NCBI GenBank assembly: GCA_034189385.1
Contig: JAXHVD010000018.1
Span: forward strand, 28,398 to 92,397
Length of the DNA stretch: 64,000 nucleotides
Reading direction: 5' to 3'
Origin: Thermodesulfobacteriota bacterium
Lineage (GTDB): Bacteria; Desulfobacterota; Desulfobacteria; Desulfobacterales; C00003060
Part shown: piece by piece, positions 19,003 through 28,765 of the stretch
Numbering within the stretch: position 1 is the stretch's first letter
Layout of the letters: each line of letters opens with the position of its first letter
Position numbers and translations under genes: made by a program
The notes under the pieces: model-generated
Seen by the model: only the letters and a program-made list of their open reading frames with translations
The model's database searches: none
What the model was told of the DNA's origin: nothing

Positions 19003-20574
19003 CTAAAGGTGCGTCTTGCGAACGGTCGTCCTCACCAAATCAACGACCGCACCGAGTTCTCGGCATTTGAAAAGGTATGCGCATCCGCCATAAAGGGCCA
19101 CGCCGGCCACAACACTGGCTAGGACCCACGCCAAAAGGTGCCATGACTGGCCACACTTGGGGGCCGCCCACACGGCCCCTGCGGCGACAGCGCCCCCCAT
19201 GACCACTGCCGAGGCCGTGGCCCTGAGCACCGACCCGACCATATCACGAGCACTTATTCCGCCCAAACGTTTTCTTAAAGCCCTGGCAAGCAGCACCAGG
19301 TTCACCATCGAGGCCAAAGACGTGGCCAGGGCCAATCCACCATGACGCATAGGCCCCATCAGCACCACACTTAAGGCAATGTTCACCAGGAGTGAGACGA
19401 CCGCTATCTTTACCGGCGTCTTGGTATCCTGAAGGGCATAGAATGCTGCGATGACGATGCGCGCGCCCGAAAAGGCCCACAGGCCCAAGGCATAATAGAC
19501 GAGCGCCTCTGCCGTCCCTTGGGTCGTGACTTCATCAAAGGCCCCCCTTTCAAAAAGGAGCTCCACAATAGGGTCCCTCAGAATGATGAGCCCCGTCATG
19601 GCTGGAATGGAAATGAAAAAGACCAACTTCAGGGCATAGGTATAGGAGGCGCGGAGCCCATCCATGTCCTGGACCGCCGCCTGCCTGGAAAGGCTGGGTA
19701 GCACTGCTGTGGCAAGGGCAATGGCAAAGACACCAAGGGGAAACTGCACCAAGCGATCGGCATAATAGAGATAGGACACACTGCCTTCTGGAAGGAGTGA
19801 TGCGAGAAATCTCCCCACAATGATATTTGTCTGATAGACTGCAGCCCCAAAAACAGCGGGCGTCATGAGCAGGGCTATCCGTTTGATGGCCACATGGTAC
19901 AATGGGCTCCGCATCAAAATATGAAAACCCTTTCGGATCATCACGACGATTTGAAGGGCCAATTGCAACCCCCCTCCGATGATCACACCGATGGCAAGAC
20001 CTGCCGCCGGTTTTTTCAGGTGGGGCGAAATGAAAAACAATGATCCGATCATGGCTACGTTCAGCAGGACGGGAGCCAAGGCCGGGGCGGCAAAATGCCC
20101 CAGAGCATTCAGAATGCCCATGGCCAGGGCCACCAGGCAGATGAAAAAGACGTAGGGAAACATGATCCGCATCAACAACACCGTCAAATCAAACTTCTCA
20201 AGGGACCCATAAAAACCGGGGGCCACGATCCTAACGATCAAGGGCGACAGGAGAATCCCCAGCGCGGTCACCAAGACCAGAATGAGGGCCAGGAGCCACC
20301 AGGCAGATCTGGCCAACTTGAATGCTTCCTCCCGGCCATGCCTCTGGAGGTATTCCGTGAAGACGGGGATGAAAGAAATGGTAAGCGAGCCTTCTGCAAA
20401 GAGACGCCGCAAGAGGTTGGGGATGGTGAAGGCCATGAAAAAGGCATCTGCGGCAAGCCCGGCACCAAAGAACCAGGCCACTGCCACATCTCGAAGGAAT
20501 CCGAGGATACGGCTTACGAGGGTGGCCGCCCCCACAATGCCGGCGGCCTTTGTCATGCGAGCAGTTTCAGACAT
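19003..20574 (-). CDS. murJ: Lipid II flippase
   Basis: SRILGFLRD, PNLLRRLFAEG, YYADRLVQFPLG. Confidence 0.97.
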   Translation of the reverse strand: MSETARMTKAAGIVGAATLVSRILGFLRDVAVAWFFGAGLAADAFFMAFTIPNLLRRLFAEGSLTISFIPVFTEYLQRHGREEAFKLARSAWWLLALILVLVTALGILLSPLIVRIVAPGFYGSLEKFDLTVLLMRIMFPYVFFICLVALAMGILNALGHFAAPALAPVLLNVAMIGSLFFISPHLKKPAAGLAIGVIIGGGLQLALQIVVMIRKGFHILMRSPLYHVAIKRIALLMTPAVFGAAVYQTNIIVGRFLASLLPEGSVSYLYYADRLVQFPLGVFAIALATAVLPSLSRQAAVQDMDGLRASYTYALKLVFFISIPAMTGLIILRDPIVELLFERGAFDEVTTQGTAEALVYYALGLWAFSGARIVIAAFYALQDTKTPVKIAVVSLLVNIALSVVLMGPMRHGGLALATSLASMVNLVLLARALRKRLGGISARDMVGSVLRATASAVVMGGAVAAGAVWAAPKCGQSWHLLAWVLASVVAGVALYGGCAYLFKCRELGAVVDLVRTTVRKTHL

Positions 20575-20649
20575 GAAAAACAGTGGTCAAAAGTTCACCG
20601 CAACAACCGGATACGCCCCACAGAAAGACAGGGCAAGAAAAAATAGCGC

Positions 20650-20678
20650 TTGACAAGTCTTCGTCAGAAACCTAAATA
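20650..20678 (+). promoter_or_regulatory. Sigma70-type promoter for rpsT
   Basis: TTGACA-17-TAAATA. Confidence 0.55.
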
Positions 20679-20717
20679 TACAAGGTTAAACGAAAGCTAG
20701 AAAGGAGCAACATAACC

Positions 20718-20984
20718 TTGGCAACACACAAATCGGCCATCAAGCGGGCCCGGCAGAACCTAGTCAGGAACCTTCGGAACAAATCAAATCGGACACGGGT
20801 GAAGAACGTCATTAAGGACGTGAGAGGCGCTATCAAGGAGAAGTCACCAGAAAAGGCCAGGGCCGCGCTGCTGGTGGCCATCCCCGTCATTGACAAGGCA
20901 GCCAAACAGGGCGCCATCCATCGCAAGAATGCTTCCCGAAAAATATCCCGCCTTGCCAGGCAAGTAAACGCCATTACAGCATAA
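20718..20984 (+). CDS. rpsT: 30S ribosomal protein S20 (TTG start)
   Basis: ATHKSAIKRARQN, IDKAAKQGAIHRKNASRKISRL; AAGGAG RBS. Confidence 0.97.
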   Translation: MATHKSAIKRARQNLVRNLRNKSNRTRVKNVIKDVRGAIKEKSPEKARAALLVAIPVIDKAAKQGAIHRKNASRKISRLARQVNAITA

Positions 20985-21013
20985 TTTGGCTATTTACAGG
21001 TGGCTGCCCCCCG

Positions 21014-21559
21014 TTAGAAATCCTGAAGGACCCGGTTATGAACCTTCTCGGCCAAGCGTTCTGACAAGGCCTCAATAGCCCTTCGCCTGTTTCCCTCTGT
21101 GGTCAACTTGTCTAAAGAAACCTGGTACTCTTCCCGGTCCGACAAGGCGCGGTCCGACCATAGGACCTCGCCATTGGCCCCTGTCAGGGCTAAATCAAGG
21201 GTGATGGTGACACGACGCTCGCTAGAGTCGTAGTCTGCAGTGTGGGAAATGGTGTCTACGTTCAACGACACAATCGTGCCGCTTAAGACGGCATCGGCAC
21301 CGTCCGGGCCGGCCACTTGGAGTACCTTGCTTCTGGTAAACTCATAGAGGAAATCATTGGTAAATACCACTTCAATCCCCGACTCCAAGGTCCGGTTTTC
21401 CAGCATCCTTACGCTAATGGTATGGACGCCCGCAGGCGCTTTCAGGCCGCCCTTGAACTGGTACCCACAGCCACCTTGGACAGAGAACATGACCAGGGCC
21501 AGAAGAACCGTCCCTATTTGCCTAAAAGGCAGACTCTTTTTTTGATCATCACACCCCAT
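21014..21559 (-). CDS. lptE: LPS assembly lipoprotein LptE family
   Basis: Lipobox GGCGY; position directly after leuS. Confidence 0.85.
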   Translation of the reverse strand: MGCDDQKKSLPFRQIGTVLLALVMFSVQGGCGYQFKGGLKAPAGVHTISVRMLENRTLESGIEVVFTNDFLYEFTRSKVLQVAGPDGADAVLSGTIVSLNVDTISHTADYDSSERRVTITLDLALTGANGEVLWSDRALSDREEYQVSLDKLTTEGNRRRAIEALSERLAEKVHNRVLQDF

Positions 21560-21604
21560 TTTGGTCCATCGTCCCTGAGCGAAACAGCGCAGCCAAGCGC
21601 CCGT

Positions 21605-24196
21605 CTAGACCACAATGTTCACAAGCTTGTTTTGCACCACAATGAGTTTCTTGACCGGCCTGCCGGCCAGCCGGGCCACCACCCTCTCATCGGCAAGGGC
21701 CGCGGCCTTTATCCTTTCCTCATCCGTATCTGCCGACACCTGAAACCGGCTCCGCACCTTTCCGTTCACCTGCACCACGATCAGTATCTGGTCTTCCTCA
21801 ATGGCCTCTTGCCTGTAAGTGGGCCAAAACACTTCCAGGACGCTCCCAGTGTGACCCAAGGCCTCCCACAACTCATCGGCAAAGTGCGGCACAAGGGGAG
21901 AAAGCAACACCACCGTGGTTTCTAGGGAAAACCGCAAAACAGCACATCCGGTGGCATCAGAGCAAAGGTCCACTCTCAGGGCCTGTATGGTGTTCACCAA
22001 TTCCATGACGGCACTGATGGCCGTGTTAAAGTGAAACCTGGTGTCAATATCCGTTGTGACCCGTTTGATGGTCTGGTGGGTCTTTCTATAGAGGTCCTTT
22101 GACTCACCGTCAAGCTCCTGCCCCCCGTCATAGGGCTCTATCCCCTTTAGAACCTCCACGTGATCGGACACCAGTCGCCACACCTTATTCAGAAATCGGT
22201 AGGCACCTTCCACCCCTTGATCGCTCCAGTCCAGGTCTCTTTCCGGAGGCGCGGCAAAAAGGCAGAAGAGTCTCAAGGTATCGGCCCCATACTTCTCCAT
22301 GAGGAGATTGGGGTCCACCACGTTCTTCTTTGACTTGGACATCTTCTCGATCCGGCCCACCTCAACGGGACGGCCGCAATGCTTGCACGTGGGGCGCCCT
22401 TCTCTCTGAACGACCTCTTCAGGATACAAGAAACCGTGGTCAGGACATTTCTTGGTCTCCTTGCAGACCATGCCCTGGGTCAACAGTCGGGTAAAAGGCT
22501 CCTTGTAGTCAACAAGGCCGAAGTCCTTGAGCACCCGTGTAAAATAGCGTGAATACAGGAGGTGCAGGATGGCGTGTTCCACGCCGCCGATGTACTGATC
22601 CACCGGCATCCAATACCGCACCGCCTCTTTGTCAAACATCCCCTCTACGTGGCGGGGACTGCAATAGCGCTCAAAATACCAGGAAGACTCCACAAAGGTG
22701 TCCATGGTGTCCGTCTCCCGACGGGCCCGGGCGTTGCCGCACCTGGGGCACTGTGTCGTCAAAAAGCTTTCCAGGGTGGGAAGGGGAGATCTTCCGCCTT
22801 CCAACATATGTGTCTCTTCAGGCAGTACGACCGGAAGATCCTTCTCCGGAACGGGCACCACCCCGCAGGTCTCGCAATAGACGACAGGGATGGGGGCGCC
22901 CCAGTATCGTTGACGGGAAATACCCCAGTCTCTGAGCCTGAAATTGATCGCCCTCTTGCCAAGCTCTTTGTCTTGCAGGTAATCGGCAATGGCGTCTAAG
23001 GCCTTCACGTTTTTCAAGCCGTCAAAGGGGGGGGATCGGACCAACAAGCCTTCTCCCACATATGCTTCCGTCATGGTCTCTGGGTCGAGCGTGGCCCCCT
23101 CCGGCTGAATCACCACCACGATCTCCAAGTCGTATTTCCGGGCAAACTCGAAATCACGCTGATCATGGGCTGGCACGGCCATGACCGCACCTGTTCCGTA
23201 TTCCATGAGTGCGAAGTTGGCCGTAAAAATCGGCATCCGCCTTTTCGTGAACGGGTTGATGCAATACGTCCCGATGAACACGCCTTCTTTTTCATAATCC
23301 TCAGAGGTACGTTTGGCTTTGTCTTGGCGGGCCATGCGCTCAACAAAGGCGCGCACTTCAGCCTCTTGAGGCGTCCCAGCGGAAAGCTTCAACACCATGG
23401 GATGCTCAGGGGCCATGCACATGAAGGTAGCACCGTAAACCGTGTCCTGACGGGTGGTGAACACGGAAATGTGGTCCCCGCTCTTTTCCAAGGGAAAGTA
23501 GATTTCAGCGCCCACACTCTTTCCGATCCAGTTTTTCTGCATGGTCACGACCTTGTCGGGCCACCCTGGAAGGTTGTCACAATACTCTAGCAGGTCATCA
23601 GCATAGTCAGTGATGCGAAAAAACCACTGGTCCAACTCCTTCTGGACCACCACGTTGCCGCAGCGCCAGCAGAGACCGGCCTCGACCTGCTCATTGGCAA
23701 GGACGGTCTGACAGTCCTGGCACCAGTTCACGGAAGACCTTTTCCTATACACCATCCCTCTTTCAAGCATCTTCACAAAAAGCCACTGTTCCCAGTGGTA
23801 ATATTGAGGCTGGCACGTGGCCAATTCTCGGTCCCAGTCATAGCTGAAGCCCAAGCGCTTGAGCTGGGATTTCATCGTTTCTATGTTCTCATAGGTCCAC
23901 TTGGCAGGATGGACACTGTGGGCAATGGCCGCATTTTCTGCCGGCATCCCAAAGGCATCCCATCCCATGGGATGGAGAACATTGCACCCTTTCATCCGTT
24001 TGTATCGAGCCACCACGTCTCCGATGGTGTAATTGCGCACATGGCCCATATGGATATTACCCGAGGGGTAGGGAAACATCTCAAGGAGATAGTATTTCTC
24101 CTTGTCTGGATCTTCTCGCACCTGGAACAGTTGTCTCTCTTGCCAAATGTCCTGCCACTTCAGTTCTATCTGCTTGGGATCGTATTTTGTCTCCAT
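21605..24196 (-). CDS. leuS: Leucine--tRNA ligase
   Basis: [38 protein letters not shown]. Confidence 0.98.
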   Translation of the reverse strand: METKYDPKQIELKWQDIWQERQLFQVREDPDKEKYYLLEMFPYPSGNIHMGHVRNYTIGDVVARYKRMKGCNVLHPMGWDAFGMPAENAAIAHSVHPAKWTYENIETMKSQLKRLGFSYDWDRELATCQPQYYHWEQWLFVKMLERGMVYRKRSSVNWCQDCQTVLANEQVEAGLCWRCGNVVVQKELDQWFFRITDYADDLLEYCDNLPGWPDKVVTMQKNWIGKSVGAEIYFPLEKSGDHISVFTTRQDTVYGATFMCMAPEHPMVLKLSAGTPQEAEVRAFVERMARQDKAKRTSEDYEKEGVFIGTYCINPFTKRRMPIFTANFALMEYGTGAVMAVPAHDQRDFEFARKYDLEIVVVIQPEGATLDPETMTEAYVGEGLLVRSPPFDGLKNVKALDAIADYLQDKELGKRAINFRLRDWGISRQRYWGAPIPVVYCETCGVVPVPEKDLPVVLPEETHMLEGGRSPLPTLESFLTTQCPRCGNARARRETDTMDTFVESSWYFERYCSPRHVEGMFDKEAVRYWMPVDQYIGGVEHAILHLLYSRYFTRVLKDFGLVDYKEPFTRLLTQGMVCKETKKCPDHGFLYPEEVVQREGRPTCKHCGRPVEVGRIEKMSKSKKNVVDPNLLMEKYGADTLRLFCLFAAPPERDLDWSDQGVEGAYRFLNKVWRLVSDHVEVLKGIEPYDGGQELDGESKDLYRKTHQTIKRVTTDIDTRFHFNTAISAVMELVNTIQALRVDLCSDATGCAVLRFSLETTVVLLSPLVPHFADELWEALGHTGSVLEVFWPTYRQEAIEEDQILIVVQVNGKVRSRFQVSADTDEERIKAAALADERVVARLAGRPVKKLIVVQNKLVNIVV

Positions 24197-24262
24197 TGTC
24201 CCCTCGTCTTCCAGTAGATTCCGATCATGTAAAAATAGCTGTCCTTAAAGCCCTCAAAGGGC

Positions 24263-24403
24263 GAGACCTTTGCAAAAGTCTTTTGAACGTTCCTTGCGGG
24301 CTTTTTAGGATTGCCGTTCCCGACTCCGTCGGGATGAGCGGTCCGCCCTGGCGGATCAAGCGGCCCACAGGACCAAAGTAGGAATGGGTCGTGCAAAGGT
24401 CTC
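24263..24403. mobile_element. MITE copy 1 (GAGACCTTTGCA ends)
   Basis: Perfect 12-bp terminal inverted repeats; 5-bp flanking direct repeat AGGGC; homologous to 50140-50278. Confidence 0.85.
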
Positions 24404-24453
24404 AGGGCCATGCACGAAAATATGCAGCTCCCCATTCTGCACCCGGCTGTGGG

Positions 24454-25254
24454 CTACATGGCAACGGCACGGGAGTCAAAGACCGGCCCGTCTGTGCAAA
24501 CATGAAGGTAGGCTCCCGGGTTCCCTGCCCTTTCCACGGCACACCCCAGGCAGGCCCCGAAGCCGCAAGCCATGACCGACTCTAGCGAAATCTGACACCT
24601 CACATCATGGGCTACCCCTAGGTCACGAACCGCCTTGAGCATGGCCTGGGGCCCGCAAGCATAGATGACATCCGGTTTTCCATTATCCTTGAGGACATTT
24701 TCCACCATGGAGGTGACCAGACCCTTTTCCCCCAGGCTGCAGTCTTCTGTGGTGACCCATATCTTGGCACCCATAGACTCGAATTCCTCTCGACATAGGA
24801 TGTCTGCGGCAGAGCAGCCGCCCAAGAACACCGTGGACCTGCTCCTGCCCATCTTCTGAAGGTAAAGGCCCAGATAATAGAGACCGGCCACGCCAACCCC
24901 CCCGGCCACCAGATAGGCATGGCGGACCTCCTGAGGAAAAGAGAAGCCATTTCCAAGAGGGCCTAAGACGTCCAACTCGTCGTCGGGTTCCATTTCAGAC
25001 ATGGCCCCTGTGCCTTGGCCCACGACCTTGTACAGAAGCTCGAAGCCCTGCACCTGACCGTCTTCCAGAATCGGACAGTGCACAGAGAAGGGCCTGCGCA
25101 AGAGTGGAAGAAGCCTTTCATTTGGCTTAACCATCACAAACTGTCCCGGCCGGGCCTTTTCGGCCAACTCGGGAAATGCCAGGCCCATCTTGAAATAGAC
25201 TGGCCCCACTTGTAGGTTGTATAGAATCGGCACCCTTTTCTGAAAAAGATTCAT
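24454..25254 (-). CDS. pyrK: Dihydroorotate dehydrogenase electron transfer subunit
   Basis: PGQFV, LRRPFS, GPLGNGF, MACGFGACLGC, VCTDGPVF. Confidence 0.93.
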   Translation of the reverse strand: MNLFQKRVPILYNLQVGPVYFKMGLAFPELAEKARPGQFVMVKPNERLLPLLRRPFSVHCPILEDGQVQGFELLYKVVGQGTGAMSEMEPDDELDVLGPLGNGFSFPQEVRHAYLVAGGVGVAGLYYLGLYLQKMGRSRSTVFLGGCSAADILCREEFESMGAKIWVTTEDCSLGEKGLVTSMVENVLKDNGKPDVIYACGPQAMLKAVRDLGVAHDVRCQISLESVMACGFGACLGCAVERAGNPGAYLHVCTDGPVFDSRAVAM

Positions 25255-25334
25255 AAGGTTTTCGCTGTCTTGACAAGAGCCTTCGATTTTCTTAGATTCT
25301 CACAGTCCAATGTCGCCTTGAGTTTTTTTTAACC

Positions 25335-25556
25335 ATGAATCCTTTGTCCGGTCTGGGAAAAGTTCTCATTGTCACGGGGCTGGTGATGGTAGGCCTCGGC
25401 ATATTCATGATCCTTGCGCCAAAGGTGCCGTGGCTTGGGAAACTGCCCGGCGACATCCTGGTGAAAAAAGAAAATTTACGCATTTACTTCCCCATCACCA
25501 CCTGCATCATCATCAGCCTTGTCTTGACCATCCTTTTTTACCTCTTTAAGAGGTAG
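25335..25556 (+). CDS. DUF2905 family small membrane protein
   Basis: LGKLPGDI...YFPITTCIIIS; TTGACA-17-TAGATT promoter at 25270. Confidence 0.9.
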   Translation: MNPLSGLGKVLIVTGLVMVGLGIFMILAPKVPWLGKLPGDILVKKENLRIYFPITTCIIISLVLTILFYLFKR

Positions 25557-25620
25557 CCACTGTGGCCAACTGGGCCGACAGGTCGTCTCCAAGGCACCCT
25601 GGCTAGCCTTGGAAGTCTGT

Positions 25621-26115
25621 TCAGCCATTCTCTTTCCCGCCAAAATTGGCCAGAATCGTCTCAATGACCTTGGTAGTAGAGGCCCCTGCCGTCAATGGAA
25701 CGCGGACCACCCGCCCTCCGGCTGCCTCCACCACATCTCTTCCCACAATAGCGTCCTCTGCCCAGTCCGCACCCTTGACCAGGACATCGGGCACGATGGT
25801 CCGGATGGTTGTCAAGGGGTCCCGTTCCTCAAAGATCGTCACCACGTCGACACAGGTCAAGGCCGCCAAGACTTCGGCTCGCTCATTTTCAGGCACCACC
25901 GGACGGTTCGGCCCCTTGATCTTGCGAACGGAGCTGTCAGAATTGAGCCCCACCACCAGGATGTCCCCCTGGGCCCTGGCGGACTCCAAATACTGGACAT
26001 GCCCGATGTGCAGCAGATCAAAGCACCCGTTGGTGAAGACAATGGTCTTGCCCGCTTTTTTCAGGGCTTGGGCCATCCCTTTGAGGTCCCCTCTTCCAAC
26101 GATCTTCTCAGACAT
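25621..26115 (-). CDS. rfaE2: D-glycero-beta-D-manno-heptose 1-phosphate adenylyltransferase
   Basis: FTNGCFDLLHIGH, VGLNSDSSV, KGADW; start at MSEKIV overlapping the upstream stop. Confidence 0.92.
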   Translation of the reverse strand: MSEKIVGRGDLKGMAQALKKAGKTIVFTNGCFDLLHIGHVQYLESARAQGDILVVGLNSDSSVRKIKGPNRPVVPENERAEVLAALTCVDVVTIFEERDPLTTIRTIVPDVLVKGADWAEDAIVGRDVVEAAGGRVVRVPLTAGASTTKVIETILANFGGKENG

Positions 26116-26890
26116 AGGCCTCAGGTACCCGATCCCGCAGGCAGGGGATATGCTTTCTGGTTCTTTCCAGCACAGAGAGATCAATGGTAGCAAAAAGAGT
26201 GGCTGGACGCCTTCCAGCCCTAGCCATGACCTCGCCGTAGGGCGATAGGATGCGTGAATGACCGGCATAGGCCAGGGCCTCGTCCCTGCCGCATCGGTTT
26301 GCCCCCAGGACAAAAACCTGGTTTTCAATGGCCCGCCCCCTGAGAAGGACCTGCCAATGGACCACCCTTTCGGTCGGCCACTGGGCCATGACGGCCAGTA
26401 TGTTGGCACCCTGCAGTACAAGAGAGCGACTCAACTCTGGAAATCTCAGGTCATAGCATATGACCAAGCCAACAGGACCAAGAGAGGTCTGGGTGACGAC
26501 AGCCTCGTGGCCTGCTACAAAATAGCGGTCTTCGCCCGTTAGGGTAAAAAGATGGACCTTTCGATAGGCATCTGTGATCGATCCGTCCCTGTCCACCACG
26601 TAAGCGGTATTGTAGACCCTGTCTTTCGCCTTTTCAGGCAGGGAACCAATGGTCGTCACCTGGAGTTCTCTTGACACCTTTGACAGCTCATCAAGGATCC
26701 CAGGTGTGGACCCGGCCAGCTCCCTCAGCCGGTCATTCGCAAAGCCAGTGGCCCACATCTCCGGCAGGAGAATGAGCTGGACGCCCTTCTGGACAAGGGA
26801 CGTGATCCGCCTTTTCACAGTGGCCACATTCCGGTCAAGGTCACCTAGGCGAACATCGTACTGTATCACTGCAGCCTTAAAACGCCTCAC
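26108..26890 (-). CDS. Carbon-nitrogen hydrolase (nitrilase/omega-amidase family)
   Basis: LPEMW, YRKVHLF, ICYDLRFPE catalytic triad. Confidence 0.93.
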   Translation of the reverse strand: MRRFKAAVIQYDVRLGDLDRNVATVKRRITSLVQKGVQLILLPEMWATGFANDRLRELAGSTPGILDELSKVSRELQVTTIGSLPEKAKDRVYNTAYVVDRDGSITDAYRKVHLFTLTGEDRYFVAGHEAVVTQTSLGPVGLVICYDLRFPELSRSLVLQGANILAVMAQWPTERVVHWQVLLRGRAIENQVFVLGANRCGRDEALAYAGHSRILSPYGEVMARAGRRPATLFATIDLSVLERTRKHIPCLRDRVPEAYV

Positions 26891-27214
26891 TGAAGCCCCC
26901 TAGAGACCTTGTTTGATTTTCTGATCCATTAGACCTATGCCATACAGAAGGCAAGCCATGCAATCCGGCGTGGCCACCTTACCCACTTGCCCCATCTCCA
27001 ATGTCCCCCTTTCCCCCTGGCCTGCTTCTCCGGTCCCTTATTCTAACTGAACAAGATTACAGATGATACCACCGTGGGAGATGTCGCTTGATAGCACAGC
27101 TTGCAGTTTGCATCAAGGTTCTTGCCGCCACAAACGCCGGGCTCTTCTGGCAGGAAAGGTCTGGCCTTGATAAACAAAGGCTTTGAATCACAGTATGTTG
27201 CACCGCCCCGGCCG

Positions 27215-27243
27215 TTGACACAACACAGCATTTCTTCTATACT
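27215..27243 (+). promoter_or_regulatory. Sigma70-type promoter for glmM
   Basis: TTGACA-17-TATACT. Confidence 0.7.
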
Positions 27244-27380
27244 GGATGCCATCGAAAAGGATATGGTGTAAAAGAAAAAGCTCCGTGATGCACAACTGGA
27301 ACGCCCGCTAAGGGCGTTCTCCCTTCTTGGACCATTTGAGGAGATCTTTGTTCAGATCCGTTTTCATGGGGAGGAAATCC

Positions 27381-28730
27381 ATGGGGAGACTATTTGGGAC
27401 CGACGGCATTAGGGGAGAAGCCAACCGCTATCCCATGGACGCCGCCATGGCCTTTTCTGTAGGTCAGGCCGTCACCCACTTCTTTGGAAAACAAGGACAC
27501 CGTAGCCGGGTTGTCATAGGCAAAGACACACGCATTTCCGGCTACATGCTTGAAAGCTCCCTGGAGGCAGGGATCACCTCTATGGGCGGTGATCCCTACC
27601 TGGTGCGTGTGCTGCCGACTCCGGGCATTGCCTTCATCACCCAAAGCATGCGCGCAGACGCCGGCATTGTGATCTCCGCGTCGCACAACCCCTACCAGGA
27701 CAACGGCATCAAGATCTTCGCAGGAAGCGGTTTCAAACTCTCTGACGATCAGGAAGAGGCCATAGAAGGCCTCATCTTGGAAGCCAGACTGCCGGAGATG
27801 ACCCCCCCTGCCAAGGAGATGGGCCGAGCATACCGGGTGGACGATGTCAAGGGGCGCTATATCGCCTTTCTCAAGAACACCTTCCCTCGAGACCTGTCAA
27901 TGGAGGGGATGAAAATCGTCATGGACACGGCAAATGGCGCCACCTATAAAGTGGCGCCAAAAGTGTTTGCCGAACTTGGAGCCGATCTTGAAGTGATCCA
28001 CAACAGGCCTGACGGGATCAACATCAATGACAACTGCGGATCTGAACACACGCAAGATCTGGAAAAAGAGGTGCTCAACAGCCAGGCGGCCATCGGGCTC
28101 GCCTTTGATGGTGATGGGGACCGCTTGATCGCTATAGATGAAAAGGGGCGCAGGATAACGGGCGATCAGATCCTGATCATTTGTGCCAAGGTGCTCAAGG
28201 AAAGGGGCCAATTGAAAAATGATCTGCTGGTCAGCACCGTCATGAGCAATCTTGGCTTGACCATGGCCTGTAAGAGACTCGGCTTCAGACACCATGCCGC
28301 CCAGGTGGGCGACCGACATGTCCTAAGAGACATGCAACGGCTCGGCGCGGTCATCGGCGGAGAGGATTCCGGCCACATGCTCTTTCTGAATCACCACACC
28401 ACAGGCGACGGCATCCTCACTGCCATGCAGCTGATTGCCTCCATGATACAAGAGGGCAAGCCCCTTTCCGAGCTAGCTGCCATCATGGAGGTCTACCCCC
28501 AGAGGCTCGTCAACGTGGGAGTGAAGAGCAAGCCGGCCATCTCCACGTTACCTGGGGTCATGGGGGCCATCGAACAGGCGGAAAGGGAACTAGGGGACCA
28601 GGGCCGTGTATTGGTCCGCTATTCTGGCACCCAGCATATCTGCCGCGTCATGGTCGAAGGGCCGACTGATGATCTCACCGAGAAGTATTGTCAGGCAATC
28701 GCCAAGGCCGTCAGGGCATCTGTAGGCTGA
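27381..28730 (+). CDS. glmM: Phosphoglucosamine mutase
   Basis: FGTDGIRG, ISASHNP, DGDGDR, RYSGT; GGAGG RBS. Confidence 0.96.
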   Translation: MGRLFGTDGIRGEANRYPMDAAMAFSVGQAVTHFFGKQGHRSRVVIGKDTRISGYMLESSLEAGITSMGGDPYLVRVLPTPGIAFITQSMRADAGIVISASHNPYQDNGIKIFAGSGFKLSDDQEEAIEGLILEARLPEMTPPAKEMGRAYRVDDVKGRYIAFLKNTFPRDLSMEGMKIVMDTANGATYKVAPKVFAELGADLEVIHNRPDGININDNCGSEHTQDLEKEVLNSQAAIGLAFDGDGDRLIAIDEKGRRITGDQILIICAKVLKERGQLKNDLLVSTVMSNLGLTMACKRLGFRHHAAQVGDRHVLRDMQRLGAVIGGEDSGHMLFLNHHTTGDGILTAMQLIASMIQEGKPLSELAAIMEVYPQRLVNVGVKSKPAISTLPGVMGAIEQAERELGDQGRVLVRYSGTQHICRVMVEGPTDDLTEKYCQAIAKAVRASVG

Positions 28731-28765
28731 CCCGGAACCCGCCAAGAACACTCTCCCAATTCACA

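Noticed and set aside
25621..26421. 266-aa version of rfaE2
   Set aside because: The extension overlaps the nitrilase gene; the recognisable domain starts at ATG 26115
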